Shown: in pieces, positions 27,460 through 42,940 of the stretch
Numbering within the stretch: the first letter of the stretch is position 1
Layout: every line of letters begins with the position of its first letter
Assembly: GCA_951406725.2 (NCBI GenBank)
Contig: OX597818.1
Coordinates: 87,420,001 to 87,484,000 of the forward strand
Direction of reading: 5' to 3'
DNA from: Octopus vulgaris
Taxonomy: Eukaryota
Length of the DNA stretch: 64,000 nucleotides
Translations under genes and position numbers: made by a program
The notes under the pieces: model-generated
The model's database searches: none
The model's input: the letters and a program-made list of their open reading frames with translations, nothing else
Told to the model about the DNA's origin: nothing

Positions 27460-27767
27460 TGGCACTCCGTCGGTTGCGACAACGACAGTTCCAATTGATC
27501 CAATCAACGGAACAGCTTGCTCGTGAAATTAACGTGCAAGTGGCTGAGCACTCTACAGACACACATACTTTTAACGTAGTTCTCAGGAAGATTCAGCGTG
27601 ACACGAAATGTGACAAGGCTCGCCCTTTGAAATAGAGGCACTATTTTTTTTTTGTCAGCGGAGTGGACTGGAGCAACGAGAAATAAAGGCTCTTGCCCAA
27701 GGACACAACGCGCTGCCGAGAATTGAACTCGTGGCCTTACCATAGCCACTAAGTTACTGCGCCTTCA
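27460..27767 (-). mobile_element. SINE family C
   Basis: TGGCACTCCGTCGGTT 3' end through GCGCCTTCA head on plus. Confidence 0.9.
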
Positions 27768-28419
27768 ATATGATTACAAACATGCTACAAAATCAGTTGA
27801 AACGTTGTTGAAGCCAATAATTGTTGCTTGCTTATATATGTCAAAAGCCTGCCGTCACTCGCGAACGAGTATGATAGGTAACATGCATTACATACATTGA
27901 GTTGTCAGCTAAGTTCGTTCGTTTTTGCCTCCCCCCCGTTTATCTCAATCCTTTCCATTGTTATTTGAAAAATACGAAAAATATTTTTGTTGTAGTGGTT
28001 TATGGTTTCTGTAGTTCTCGCCTTCCTCGACAACTTTTTGTTAATCGTTTTGGAAAATTGACAAAATTCTATCTCTTTTCAGACATGGGACGATAAAACC
28101 CCTACTGACCATGAAAAAAAGGAAAAAAAATCTCTCAAAAAGACAACGAATTTACCTGATGGCAATCCAGTACAACGCTTTTGCTAATTGTTTTAGGTAC
28201 CTATAGGATTGCGAGCAGTCAAAGACAATCTCTCGACTTTCTCCCCTTCTGACCCAGAGGCACATCCAGACAGCGGGAGTATGTGTGTATGCGTGTGGAG
28301 AGGAGAGGGCAGTGAGAGAAAGCGAGAGAAGAAAGAGAAAGAGAAAGAGAGAGAGAGGGAGAGAGAGACAGAGAGATCGAAAGAGAGAAGAAGAGCTGCA
28401 CCAGCATTCGGTTGGTTCT

Positions 28420-28563
28420 CATTTCAGCTCAGTAGACTTAAGCAATATGAACTGAAGTGAGGGTTTTGCTCAAGAACACAACACGCCGCCCGGTCCAGCA
28501 ATTGAACCCACAACGTTATGATCGTAAGCCGAATACCCTAACCACTGCACTACACGCCTTCAC
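28420..28563 (-). mobile_element. SINE family C/D head and CORE-like fragment
   Basis: TTGCTCAAGAACACAAC...AATTGAACCCAC...GCCGAATACCCTAACCAC; a similar fragment lies at 52185-52322. Confidence 0.7.
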
Positions 28564-28825
28564 GAAGGTTACGGTTAACTCAATGTAATTTCTTCTATCG
28601 ATGGATTCCGTCGTTCACTTCCTCGGATTCCATTTTCAGTTAACAAAACTCTATTTACGAAACAAAATACTCACTGAGATCATTAGCTAAAACAAAATCT
28701 CAAACCTCAATCCTCTCTGAATTCGTTCACTTTGAGAAAAGTTACTATTGTAAGACTAAAACAGTTCTCTCATATGAGACGAAATATATGCAGTTTCCCC
28801 TAATGATCACTGCTATTATGAAGGA

Positions 28826-30120
<1,295 letters not shown>

Positions 30121-30149
30121 ATATTTTGATTTTTATTATTTTTTATTAT

Positions 30150-30295
30150 TTTACTTGGAGCACCGCCTTTAGTCGAGCAACATCGATCCCAGGACTTATT
30201 CTTTGTTAGCCTAGTACTTATTCTATCGGTCTCTTTTGCCAAACTGCTAAGTTAGGGAACGTAAACACACCAGCATCGATTGTCAAGCGATGTTG

Positions 30296-30351
<56 letters not shown>

Positions 30352-30506
30352 CGACGGGCTTCTTTCAGTTTCCGTCTACCAAATCCACTCAGAAGGCTTT
30401 GGTCGACCCGAGGTTATAGTAGAAGACACTTGCCCAAGGTGCCACGCAGTGGGACTGAACCCGGAACCATGTGGCTGGTAAGCAAGCTACTTGCCACACA
30501 GCCACT
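30150..30506 (-). mobile_element. SINE family B
   Basis: Near-consensus body and head, small deletion near the 3' end. Confidence 0.9.
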
Positions 30507-31134
30507 ATTTTTTAATTAAAATTTTATAGGATTAATGTTTTATAGAATTAGTAATTTGGATTTGGAATTAAGAAATAAGGAAAAACGTATAAAATACATA
30601 TTCATTATTTTTGGCTACTTTTTATACATGATTACCACCAACAAAATATTATTGTCGGTGATAATGATGTATAACACTATTTCATTCTTTTCAGAAATCG
30701 TCAGCATGACTTATTAGTTGAGTATTTTATAAAGTGAAACATTTCATTAAAGATGAAAATTCATAGAACGTGTGTGTTTCCAGTTTTCATTTTTTCATAG
30801 AACGTTTGTAGTTTAGGAATCGAGAGAAAAGGACGAGCCAAAAACATATATATATATATATATTTTTTTTTAGTGTTCAACGGTCTTGCATTAATCTTTG
30901 TCTTTAGTCATTAACTGCTCACGAATAAAACCGTCATCTAACAAACTTTAATAAACTAGCATTTAATGATTTCCTATCTGGGGCCGGTAAATATTTCCCA
31001 CGTGATTATCTGTTGATTTTAAAAAACTCAAGTAAGGGCCGCATTGGCTCGAAGACTACATACATCGATGAGAACATACCACATTGTTATAGTCTGCATC
31101 TAAAATAAGATTAGTTGCTTCACTCTTAAAGATT

Positions 31135-31282
31135 AAAGGTGCTTCCACGTGACCTGTTAGAAATAACAACCAAATCTTTCTCTGATTATATTCTACTATT
31201 TGATAATGTAGTTCTAATGTTTGATAATGTGGTCCTAGGTTTTGTACTTCTCGGTAAAAAAGAGACGGTCATGGCTGGAAGC
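31135..31282 (+). mobile_element. Unclassified interspersed repeat fragment
   Basis: GACCTGTTAGAAATAACAACCAAATC...GATAATGT also seen at ~40420-40530. Confidence 0.5.
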
Positions 31283-31432
31283 TTAGGACCACGCATCCTG
31301 TAGTGGGGCCCTCTATAAGAAACGTTGGTATATGCTGATTTTATATATATTATCATTCAGAGCCCACCTTTCCTTGCTTGCATAGGTCAGACGGAATTCC
31401 TAGAGGGAAATTTTTTACGGCCAGATATACAT

Positions 31433-31850
<418 letters not shown>

Positions 31851-32300
31851 TAGATATTTGATCAGGTGCCAACATCATTCATTCGCTTACGGCTGATCAG
31901 GTACTATACAGCCATGGACACATCATCATCATCATCATCATCATCAACATCATCCTCATCATCATCAACAGCAGCAGCAGTAGCAGCAACCACAGCAACA
32001 GCAACAACAATAACAGCAACACTAACACATAGTTGTTCGTATTTCACTTCACACATTAAACTACAAAGCGCTAGTATGATACATTTACTTTAAATTTCCA
32101 AATCTCAAATTAATGCGTCTTTCATTCTCTCAACTTTTGAAATGCAATTTTATAGAACCACCACCTCGCTTTACTTTTTATTCGTTTCGCCCCTAAACCA
32201 CTTTCTGCTTTTAACAGCAACTAAATCATATAACGTACATATATTGACCTTCAGTTCCTTATTTACTTTAAACCAGTGCTTCTGAATTTTATTTCATAGT

Positions 32301-32462
32301 AGGCGTAGGAGTGGCTGTGTGGTAAGTAGCTTGCTTACGAACCACATGGTTCCGGGTTCAGCCCCACTGCGTGTCTTCTAATATAGCCTCGGGCCGACCA
32401 AAGCCTTGTGAGTGGATTTGGCAAACGGAAACTAAAAGAGGCCTGTCGTATATATATGTATA

Positions 32463-32498
<36 letters not shown>

Positions 32499-32716
32499 TG
32501 AGATTGTGCACTTCTGGTTGTCTCCCCAACATCGCTTGACAACCGTTGCTGGTGCGTTGACGTCCCCGTAACTTAGCGTTTCGGCAAAAGAGACCGATAG
32601 AAGAAGTACTAGGCTTACAAAGAGTAAATCCTGGGGTCGATATTGCTCGATTAAAGGCGGTGCTCTAGCATGGCAGCAGGCGGGTGACTGAAACAAGTAA
32701 AAGAGTAAAAAGAAAA
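32301..32716 (+). mobile_element. SINE family B
   Basis: AGGCGTAGGAGTGGCTGTGTGGTAAG head, GGTTCAGCCCC B-box-like, tail GACTGAAACAAGTAAAAGAG. Confidence 0.92.
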
Positions 32717-33138
32717 GTGCAAAATTGCCCTTCCTTTTGCTGACGCTACACAATTCCCTTGCTACGATACATGTATGTATGCGTGTGTGAGTGTGTGTGT
32801 GTGTGTGAGAGAGAGAGTGTGTGTGTGTGGGTGTGTGTGTGTGTGTGTAGGTAGACATATATTCACATATATGATTATATATACACATGTGCCTACCTGG
32901 AGGACATTTTAATTTGTACCACATTGACACTAAACAGATATGACTGTGACCCGTCTTTACATAGACACATACATACATACATACATACATACATACATAC
33001 ATACATACATACATACATACATACATACACACATACATAAATACACACACGCACACACATTTATACATGCTTATATTTTGCGTGTAGTTGGTGAAACTAA
33101 CTATACATAACTGCACAAATCAATAACCTCAGTGTGTT

Positions 33139-33250
<112 letters not shown>

Positions 33251-33286
33251 TGTACATACATATAATACACATGTGTCTATGTACAC

Positions 33287-33334
<48 letters not shown>

Positions 33335-33654
33335 TATGTATTGAGTGTACATAGACACATATGTACATAAAGCAGAGAATTTCCGAGTCGCTGACGATGA
33401 GACAACTACAAACGGATAAGGAAATCCTCAGAGGGAAAGCCAGTTTTTCGCGTCAAAGACACCGAAGAAAAGATATGTTGTTCTGGCAGTGATCTGTGTG
33501 AGTAGAGGTTATTTGTAAATAGGAAGGGATAATTACTTGGTTGGGATGCTATCTCTCTCTCTCTCCCCCACTCTCTCCCTCTCCCTCTCTCTCTCCATCT
33601 CTCTCTCTCCATCTCTCTCTCCCTCCCTCTCGCCCTATCTCCGCCCCCTCTCTC

Positions 33655-33758
<104 letters not shown>

Positions 33759-34135
33759 CCTACCTACCTATCTATCTATCTGACTATCTGTCTCTTTGTC
33801 TGTCTCTCTATCTATCTATCTTGGACATTTTACCCTCTCTCTCTCTCATCCTCTGTCTCTACCTCACCTCTATCTCTGTCTTCATTTCTCTTACTGTTTT
33901 TTTTTGTGTATGTGTGTTTGTGAATGCCTGTCAGAAATGTCCTGCCTCTGTGAATAAGACCTTTCCACGTATACACAATATACACATATACACCTACCTA
34001 TATACGTATGCGTCATAAATCAGTGAAGGTCTGTAAATTTTTAGAGGTGTTTATATTCCCGTGTTCGTAAGCAAATACAGGCAGACATACACACGTGCAC
34101 GCACGTACGCACGGACACACACACACGCACACACA

Positions 34136-34407
34136 CATGGTTGTGTAGTTAAGAAGCTCGCTTTGCAGCTACATGGTTCCAGGTTCTGCTCCACAGGCGT
34201 CTTCTACTATACGAGGGCCTACCTGTGCCCCGCGAGTGAATTTGATAGACAAAAATTGAGTAGAAGCTCGTTGTAAATATATACGTGTGTGTGTACACGC
34301 ATTATGTACATGTGTGTATGTGTCTTTCTTTGTACTTGTACATGCCTCTCCACAAAGCTTTACAGCCGGTGTTGGTTTGTTTACGTTAAAGTAACTTAGC
34401 AGTTCGG
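34136..34407 (+). mobile_element. SINE family B-related, old copy
   Basis: Degenerate head and body; CCGGTGTTGGTTTGTTTACG...GTAACTTAGCAGTTCGG. Confidence 0.7.
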
Positions 34408-34459
34408 TTTGTCCCACACCTCATTTTGAACTGGCAAAGCACCACACATGCATATATCC

Positions 34460-34680
34460 ATTTATCTCCCCCCCACGTGATTTTGTCTGGACCTCCTTTA
34501 CTTCTCTGCACTTTTCCTTAATCCGACGAAGAGCCACGCTCGAAACGTCATTTCTACTATTTCTCACCCATAAACTTTCAGTGAGTGTTATTGTGATATA
34601 TTCACTGTGTACATCCAATTGACTTTTGTTATTTTTTCCTGTTTTTCTTTGTACTTTTTGTTTTTGAAATTGGTTTTATA
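34460..34680 (+). mobile_element. PLE-type repeat fragment with degenerate minimal hammerhead
   Basis: aatCCGACGAagagccacgctcGAAAcgtcatt at 34520-34552. Confidence 0.5.
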
Positions 34681-34691
34681 TACACGCACAT

Positions 34692-34759
<68 letters not shown>

Positions 34760-34919
34760 ACATGTCTGTATATGTGGGTGTGTATGTATGTGTGCTTATG
34801 TGAATATGTATCTACGTATGTGCATGTATATGTGTATACATGTCTGTGTATATGTGTTTATGTACGTGTGTATGTGCGCATATATGTGTATGTGTATGCT
34901 TGTATGTGCATTAGTGTGA

Positions 34920-34995
<76 letters not shown>

Positions 34996-35215
34996 GTTCG
35001 TGTGCGCTTGTGTGTGTTCAAAATCTTGAATTATAAATTCATAGTTAGTTTAATTCATTTATTAGTTACTGACGTCCCCCGTTCCAGAAAATAGTGCCAT
35101 GCCCCTCCGGTGGGTCGTGCGTCACATCTTTAAAAAAAGAAACCGTTCTAAACAAATATTCCTTCTCAAATAGCCATACAAGTGCACATTCATACATATA
35201 CCACACAAACATACT

Positions 35216-35301
<86 letters not shown>

Positions 35302-35844
35302 GGCGCGTGCTTACGCGCATGCACTTCTACTCCCGAGCAATGTCTCGCCACGAAACACACATACACTTAAGTTTCACTTTACTCACATTCATCCGTCTAT
35401 CTCTCTTCCTCTTCCCCCTCTCTCTCACCCTCACACAAACTCTCTCGCACGCATACGCATGCGCACACACACGTATACACAGTTCCACTCACATACTAAC
35501 TGACAGTTAACCACATACATCCGCATCTTTCCACCTACACTCTTAATATCTACACACGTCACCCCTACGGACTCACTTTCATTTATGTCTTTAGACTCAA
35601 GCACACACACATGCACACACAAACACACACACACACACATACGTTCACATATACAATAAAAAAAACAAACCAACGAACACATCGTTTTCAAATCAAGAGC
35701 GAGGAAAATAAAGAGGACGAGAGGGAACAGGAAGTAAGAGAGAGAGTGGGAGATAGACAGGCAGATAGATAGATAGCTAGATAAATAGAGATAAATAGAT
35801 AGATTGAAAGAGAGAGAGAGAGAGAGAGAGAGAGGAGGAGGAGG

Positions 35845-36085
35845 AGGAGGAAAGAGAGAAAGTATGAAAGAGAGCAAAAGAGAGACAGAGACAGAAATAG
35901 AGAGGAAGAACAAGTTAAAGAGAACGTGACTGAATATGAGAAAGAGAGAGTGAGAGAGAGAGAGAGAGAGGAGGAGGAAAGAGAGAAAGTATGAAAGAGA
36001 GCAAAAGAGAGACAGAGACAGAAATAGAGAGGAAGAATAAGTTAAAGAGAGCGTGACTGAATATGAGAAAGAGAGAGTGAGAGAG
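35845..36085. repeat. Local tandem duplication (~125 bp) within a GA-rich tract
   Basis: GAAAGAGAGAAAGTATGAAAGAGAGC...CGTGACTGAATATGAG present twice. Confidence 0.85.
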
Positions 36086-36120
36086 TGAGAGAGAGAGAGA
36101 GAGAGGGAAAGAGTAATGGT

Positions 36121-36151
<31 letters not shown>

Positions 36152-36332
36152 CATCATAGTGAAAGAAACAAAGAAAGAGATAGAGTGTCATAGTGAAAAA
36201 AAGAAAGAGAGAGAAACATCAAGTGTAAGAGTACAATATAAAGAGACAGATATAGCATGTAAGGGAGTGAGTTATTGGGTGTGTGCATTTGCATGTGTGT
36301 GTTTGTGTGTGTGTGTGTGTGTATGTGTGAGC

Positions 36333-36371
<39 letters not shown>

Positions 36372-36723
36372 AGAAAGAGAGAGAGACGGTGAAGGTAGGA
36401 AACAGAGAGGAGAGAGAACAAGACAGACAAATAGAGAGAGCGAGAGATGAGAAGAAAGTAAAAGAGAGCATGTTTGAGAGACAGAAGTTGTGTACGAGAT
36501 GGAGAAGGAAGGAAGGAGAGAAAGAAAGAGAGAGAGAGAGAGAGAGAAATACAATGTGCGTAGGTGAGAGAGAGAGAGAGAGAGAGAAATACAATGTGCG
36601 TAGGTGAGAGAGAGAGAGAGACAGAGAGACAGAGAGACAGAGTGTGAATGGAGGGAGAGAGAGAAAATGAGAGTGAGAGAACATGCAAGACAAAGAAACA
36701 GAGTGGAAAAAAGTGAGAGAGAA

Positions 36724-36774
<51 letters not shown>

Positions 36775-37043
36775 AAGAGTGATAAAGAGAGTTTAGTATT
36801 TGCTATCAGGTGGGGCTAAAAATGAAGGAGGCGGTGGGTTAAAAAATGGAAGGAACAGCCGACAGCTGATCGGTCGCCAGGTCGTCTGCTTTGTGTTATT
36901 ATTAGAAACAACCAATAGCAGACATTAGGCTGGAGGGTTACACGGAAATGGTTACAAGAACGAAAGACCGTTTTCTATATCCGTATAAAGATTTGTTTCA
37001 TGGGCCTAATGACTTCTGCACACAAGAATGTATACCTGCATAA

Positions 37044-37095
<52 letters not shown>

Positions 37096-37465
37096 GAAAA
37101 CATACATACCACATACATATACACGTATAAATACAAATGTATGTATATATACACATGCAAATGTATATATATATGTATGTACGTATGTATGTATGTATGT
37201 TTTTACGTATGCGTGAATAAGACGCATAAACACATGTAGACACATTTATATACATGTATGTATGTATGTATGTATGTATGTATGTATGTATGTATGTATG
37301 CATGTATGTGTGTGCGTGTGTGCGTGTGTGGTATATATATATATATACACACACACATAAATCCCCACAAACCCACACTGGTTGTAATGTATCTGTAAAC
37401 GTTTTCATAATTTAATAACCATATACTAAAATTTGTATATACCTCATTGTGAGTGTGTATATCAA

Positions 37466-37535
<70 letters not shown>

Positions 37536-37590
37536 CTACTACGCATATATGTGTGTGTCAGCTATATATATATATATATATATATATAAC

Positions 37591-37878
37591 TGGTAATCCG
37601 TCGGTTATGAAGACGCGGGTACCGGTCAATGGTACTGCTTACTAGCAATTGACTACTCCACAGACACACGTACAGACACACGGAGATTCAGCGTGACACA
37701 GAATGTGACAAGGTTGGCCCTTTGAAATACAGGTACAACTCATTTTTGCCAACTGAATGGACTGGAGCAACGTGAAATAAAGTGTCTTGTTCAAGGACAC
37801 AACGAGCCGCCAGGAATCGAACTCACGACTTTACGATCGTGAACCAAATGCTTTAACTACTAAGCCACGCGCCTTCAC
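37591..37878 (-). mobile_element. SINE family C
   Basis: GGAGATTCAGCGTGACACAGAATGTGACAAGG body and TAAGCCACGCGCCTTCAC head on plus. Confidence 0.9.
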
Positions 37879-37987
37879 TACACATACACATACACACACA
37901 CATTAATGCACACACATACACACACACACACACACACACAGACACACACAGACACACACACACACACAAACATTTTTATATGTATAT

Positions 37988-38127
37988 AGGTGCAGACGTG
38001 GCTGAGTAGTAAGAAGCTTGCTTCTCCGCCGCGTGGTTCTGGGTTCAGTTCCACTGCGTGACAACTTGGGCAAGTGTTTTCTACTATAGCCACAAGCCGA
38101 CTTAAGCTGTGTGATTAGATTTGGTAA
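37988..38127 (+). mobile_element. SINE family B 5' fragment
   Basis: Head, GGGTTCAGTTCC, CORE-like CTTGGGCAAGTG. Confidence 0.8.
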
Positions 38128-38277
38128 TGCTATGCTACTTCGTAATTGTTGTTGTTGTTGTTGTTGTTGTTCTTCTTCTTCTTCTTGATACATGCATACA
38201 TACATACATACATACATACATACATACATACATACATACATACATACATACATACACACACACATATATATATATAC

Positions 38278-38339
<62 letters not shown>

Positions 38340-38370
38340 ATGTATATATATATATATATGTATGTATATA

Positions 38371-38505
38371 TCTTGGCCTGCTCACTTAGCCAGCGTGGTG
38401 GCGTCATTTGAAGGCTAAAAAAACAATGCGAAGCGCATTGTGACCACCGATGTGTAGCAACATCTGATAGCCTGGTCGGTCACGGTGATCACGGTGATGG
38501 TGATA
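38371..38505 (+). mobile_element. Probable retroposon 3' end inserted in microsatellite
   Basis: Perfect hairpin ACAATGCG-AAG-CGCATTGT (38423-38441) followed by short tandem tail (CACGGTGAT)2 GGTGAT. Confidence 0.5.
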
Positions 38506-39203
38506 CGTATATATCTACATACATACACACATACATACATACATACATGTATAATAAACTTTGGTTATAGAACAAACAACAAATTTAAGATCATCCACCT
38601 AACATATCACATCTCGAACATTTAATCACATAATGCTTTTTCTTATACATAGAACATAGATGCATAAATAAAGAAGATGAAACATAATTCATTTAGACAA
38701 GCATATAAGAAAAATGTGTGGATACAGTCTATCGCGAATAAAAATTAATAATTAATACTTTAGCGACTAAAAAAAAAAATTTAACATTATAACATCTAGA
38801 ATAATAAATATATAAAAAATATAAAATATATAAATATATAAATATATAAATAATATAAAAATATATATTGGAAACATAAATATATAATATATAAGATAAG
38901 ATAAAAGTTCATCGATTAGGAATTTTTTCGATTAAAAATTACTTCTTAAGATAAGGGGAAAACCTATTATGAAAAGCCAGAGTCTAAGCAAAAAAGAAAC
39001 CATATTTACATTCCCTATAGCCATTTCAGGGGTTCATCACCGTATTTAATGCACGAGGGTGCATTACAATAATTACTCTTTCGTCAGGGTTTGTTTAAAG
39101 AAGTCTCGCCCTGGTATGTGATGTTTTTTTTTTAATTTTGCGAAGACGTTAATTGTGCTACACTAAAGAGCAGCAGGATAGCAATACAAAACTAGATTAA
39201 ACT

Positions 39204-39490
39204 AGCATAACTTTTAAAATTCGTCCTTATCATCACATACATTCTATCAGTAACCCGGAAAAGAAATTCACCGCATCATTATTGAAGTATATCTGATATC
39301 CTAGAAAGACAAACTCGCATACATTTCACATCATATAGGCAGTGTTAGGATTTGTGTAATCTTACATTAAAAGCAGGTTTCAATCAAGAATGATTTGCCA
39401 GTTTTGTTGAGCCGGGAAACTGCTTATTTCGTCCGAAAATTCCAAAAGTTTGAAATTCTGGGCTAAGCTTTTAGCAACTTGTAAACACAC
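39204..39490 (+). pseudogene. PLE GIY-YIG endonuclease C-terminal relic
   Basis: SITFKIRPYHHIHSISNPEKKFTASLLKYI* ... FC*AGKLL ... LKFWAKLLATCKH resembles PLE TFK.RY.NH..SF.....T.LSKYIW ... LCL.EK ... LN.R.EL...CRH. Confidence 0.7.
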
Positions 39491-40621
39491 CCCTTTTAAT
39501 CTTGTTAATATCTCCCAAATGGATAATGGCATAATTACTTTGAAGCTATCGGAAATTGTGGGATCGCGGAATCATTTTTTGTTACGGTTTGTTTTTCCAT
39601 TCTTCATTCCCTGAAAAATTACATTAGAAAAAATTTCCCTTTTAGTTCATTATTATCTATTGTACACGCTTCATGTAATTTTAATTATATTTTGTTTACA
39701 TCTTTGTCAATATTCATTTCAATTTTTATTCGTATACACGCAATTTTATTCAATGTACGCATTTTCTACGCCCATTTATTATTTATATACTCTCTCTCCC
39801 TCTCTTCCTCCTCCTCCTCTCTCTCTCTCCATCTCTTCCATCTCTTCCATCTCCTCCATCTCCTCCTCCTCCTCGTCCTCTTTTTCTCTCTCTCTCTATT
39901 ATACACATATATATTATACGCACAAACACATTTATATCTTTTAATCTTTCCTCCTGCTAATGATATTTTCAAATAGAAGTTTATTATGTACACACAAATT
40001 CTACGCCCATTTAATTTTTTTACTATTTATTTATTTATTTATTTACTTTCAATCTCTAACCTCTTTTCGTAAACATACATACATTCAGACATACATACAC
40101 GCATACATACACACACACATATATAAATTATATACATCTATTAACACACATACATATATATATGTATATGTATGTACATATAATACACACATACATACAC
40201 ACGCGCGCGTATATATATACATTATTAATATTACCAAAACCATCACCAATATTAAAACAAACACATTTATGCATATATTTGTGTGTATGTATGTGTGTGT
40301 GTGTGTGTGTGTGTGTACGCATACACATAAACATCTATACACTAATGTACAAAATATAAGATGCAATCGCAACAAAAATGTGCTGTACACGAACTAGTAT
40401 GAGAGTCACAGCACGTTCGCTTGATCTGTTAGAAATAGCAACTAAGTCTGCCTCAAGTCTCACTCTACTGATTTTTTTTGTTTTTTTTTAACACAAGACA
40501 TAATTCGATAATTTGATGTTAGACACACTGAACGAAATCTACAGTGGCTTCAGTTACTTTTATCCATTTGGGTAGATCTGGATGCATATAATGTCAACAA
40601 GGGTAGTAGCAACAAGAACAG

Positions 40622-41736
40622 TCTTATAAGATACATACCCTATACTTCAACATATCAATAAAATCCCTTTAATTTAAATTAAATTCTAAGCCCCTTTAAT
40701 GTTTTGTAACCTTTCTTGGTAGGCTCATGTTACCAAAATCTGTACCTCAAAGATCAAATGTAGTTCACGGCATAAAATATGCTTCTAGCAAGGATAGGCA
40801 AGTACAGGTTTCCCTTTAATTTGTTTTAAATTCTAGGCCCCTTTAATGTTTTGTAACCTTTCTTGGTAGCCTCATGTTACCAAATTCTTTACCTCAAAGA
40901 TCAAATGCACTTCACGGCATAAAATATGCTTCTAGTACGGATAGGCAAGTACAGGTTTCCCTTTAATTTGTTTTAAATGTTTTGTAACCTTTCTTGGTAG
41001 CCTCATGTTACCAAATTCTTTACCTCAAAGATCAAATGTACTTCACGGCATAAAATATGCTTCTAGTACGGATAGGCAAGTACAGGTTTCCCTTTAATTT
41101 GTTTTAAATTCTAGGCCCCTTTAATGTTTTGTAACCTTTCTTGGTAGGCTCATGTTACCCAAATGTAGTTCACAGCATAAAATATGCCTCTAGTACGGAT
41201 AGGCAAGTACAGGTTTCCCTTTAATTTGTTTTAAATTCTAGGCCCCTTAAATGTTTTGTAACCTTTCTTGGTAGCCTCATGTTACCAAAATCTGTACCTC
41301 AAAGATCAAATGTAGTTCACGGCATAAAATATGCTTCTAGCAAGGATAGGCAAGTACATGTTGCCCTTTAATTTGTTTTAAATGTTTTGTAACCTTTCTT
41401 GGTAGGCTCATGTTTTTAAATGTTTTGTAACCTTTCTTGGTAGCCTCATGTTACCAAATTCTTTACCTCAAAGATCAAATGTACTTCACGGCATAAAATA
41501 TGCTTCTAGTGCGGATAGGCAAGTACAGGTTTCCCTTTAATTTGTTTTAGGCTCATGTTTTTAAATGTTTTGTAACCTTTCTTGGTAGCCTCATGTTACC
41601 AAATTCTGTAACTCAAAGATCAAATGTATTTCACGGCATAAAATATGCTTCTAGTGCGGATAGGCAAGTACATGTTGCTAATGCTGTCTAAACGACATGA
41701 CATGCCCTATATCGTATTAAACTAGGGCACATCTAA
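40622..41736 (+). mobile_element. Putative non-autonomous Helitron enclosing the 147-bp array
   Basis: 5' TCTTATAA (same as 62700), 3' hairpin TGCCCTA/TAGGGCA (41703-41729), then CTAA followed by T; upstream base is G rather than the canonical A. Confidence 0.55.
40665..41678. repeat. Tandem array, modal unit 147 bp, 7 copies
   Basis: Unit starts (CCCTTTAATT) at 40665, 40812, 40959, 41090, 41217, 41364, 41533. Confidence 0.95.
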
Positions 41737-41936
41737 TACACCCGATATTATTTCCATTTTTCTTTTTTTTTAAGAAACAGTTGCCACTAGGTATTTGTCT
41801 CCTTTCTCTAACTAAAATACAAATTCTGTATAGTTTATTTAGTACACCACAGTCATTCTTTCAGGTTATTTTCCGGCTTTTATGAAAAGGAATGTGCACA
41901 AAACGAATATGCATGCATACACACATATATGCAGAA

Positions 41937-41972
<36 letters not shown>

Positions 41973-42604
41973 GACAGGCAAGCAGATGTATACACACGTA
42001 CACAAACACGCACAAGCAAGCATATGTACACACACGCACACACACACGAGCAGACACATCTACACACGCACACGCACGCACACACACACATACACACATA
42101 CACACACACAAGCAGACACATGTACACGCAGGTACACACTCACAAACACACAGATAAGCAGTCGTAGACATAAATACACACTCACAGACGCGCTTATTCA
42201 TAAATAGACACATACACACACAAATACACGCATACATACATCAATACACATATACACGCTTATATACACTAATATACCGACACATATGCTACATTCACAC
42301 ATACAGAGAAACGCACGTACACTAGCACGCACACATGAACAAAAAATGGAGTCATGTGCACGCATACAGACACCAATGCGTTCAAATACATACATGCACG
42401 CATACACAAACGCACACACATGCGGGAGCCTGCATTTTCTTATACACGAATGTGTCAATGTCAAAGTGTCTGTCAGTGTGACTGCGTGGCTTGTGTCAAT
42501 ATATGTATGTGTGTGTGTGTGTGTATGCATGTGCGTAAGAGCAAGAGAGAGAGAGAGAGGATAGAGAGAGGGAGAGATAGAGAGAGAGAGAGATGGATAG
42601 ATAT

Positions 42605-42635
<31 letters not shown>

Positions 42636-42907
42636 TAGAGAGAGAGAGAGAGAAATAGATAGAGATAGAGAGAAATAGAGAGAGAGAGATAGAGAGAGAG
42701 AAAGATACAAATTGCTTTCGCCACTTCTTTTTCTTCTTCTCCTTCTCCTCCTCCTCCTCCTCCTCCTCCTTCTTCTTCACTATATTGAAATGTATGTTTG
42801 TATATGTAGTGTGTATGTATAAACATGTATGTATATATGAGTGTATGTATAAACATAACTACATATATATGTACGTACCTGCGTGTATGTATATATATGT
42901 ATATATA

Positions 42908-42940
<33 letters not shown>

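Noticed and set aside
32301-32372. SINE heads as tRNA genes
   Set aside because: A/B-box-like motifs are present but no cloverleaf, and each continues into a SINE body
40665-41678. Possible CRISPR array or coding repeat
   Set aside because: Whole units repeat with no unique spacers, the context is eukaryotic with no cas genes, and units contain stops and frame-breaking indels
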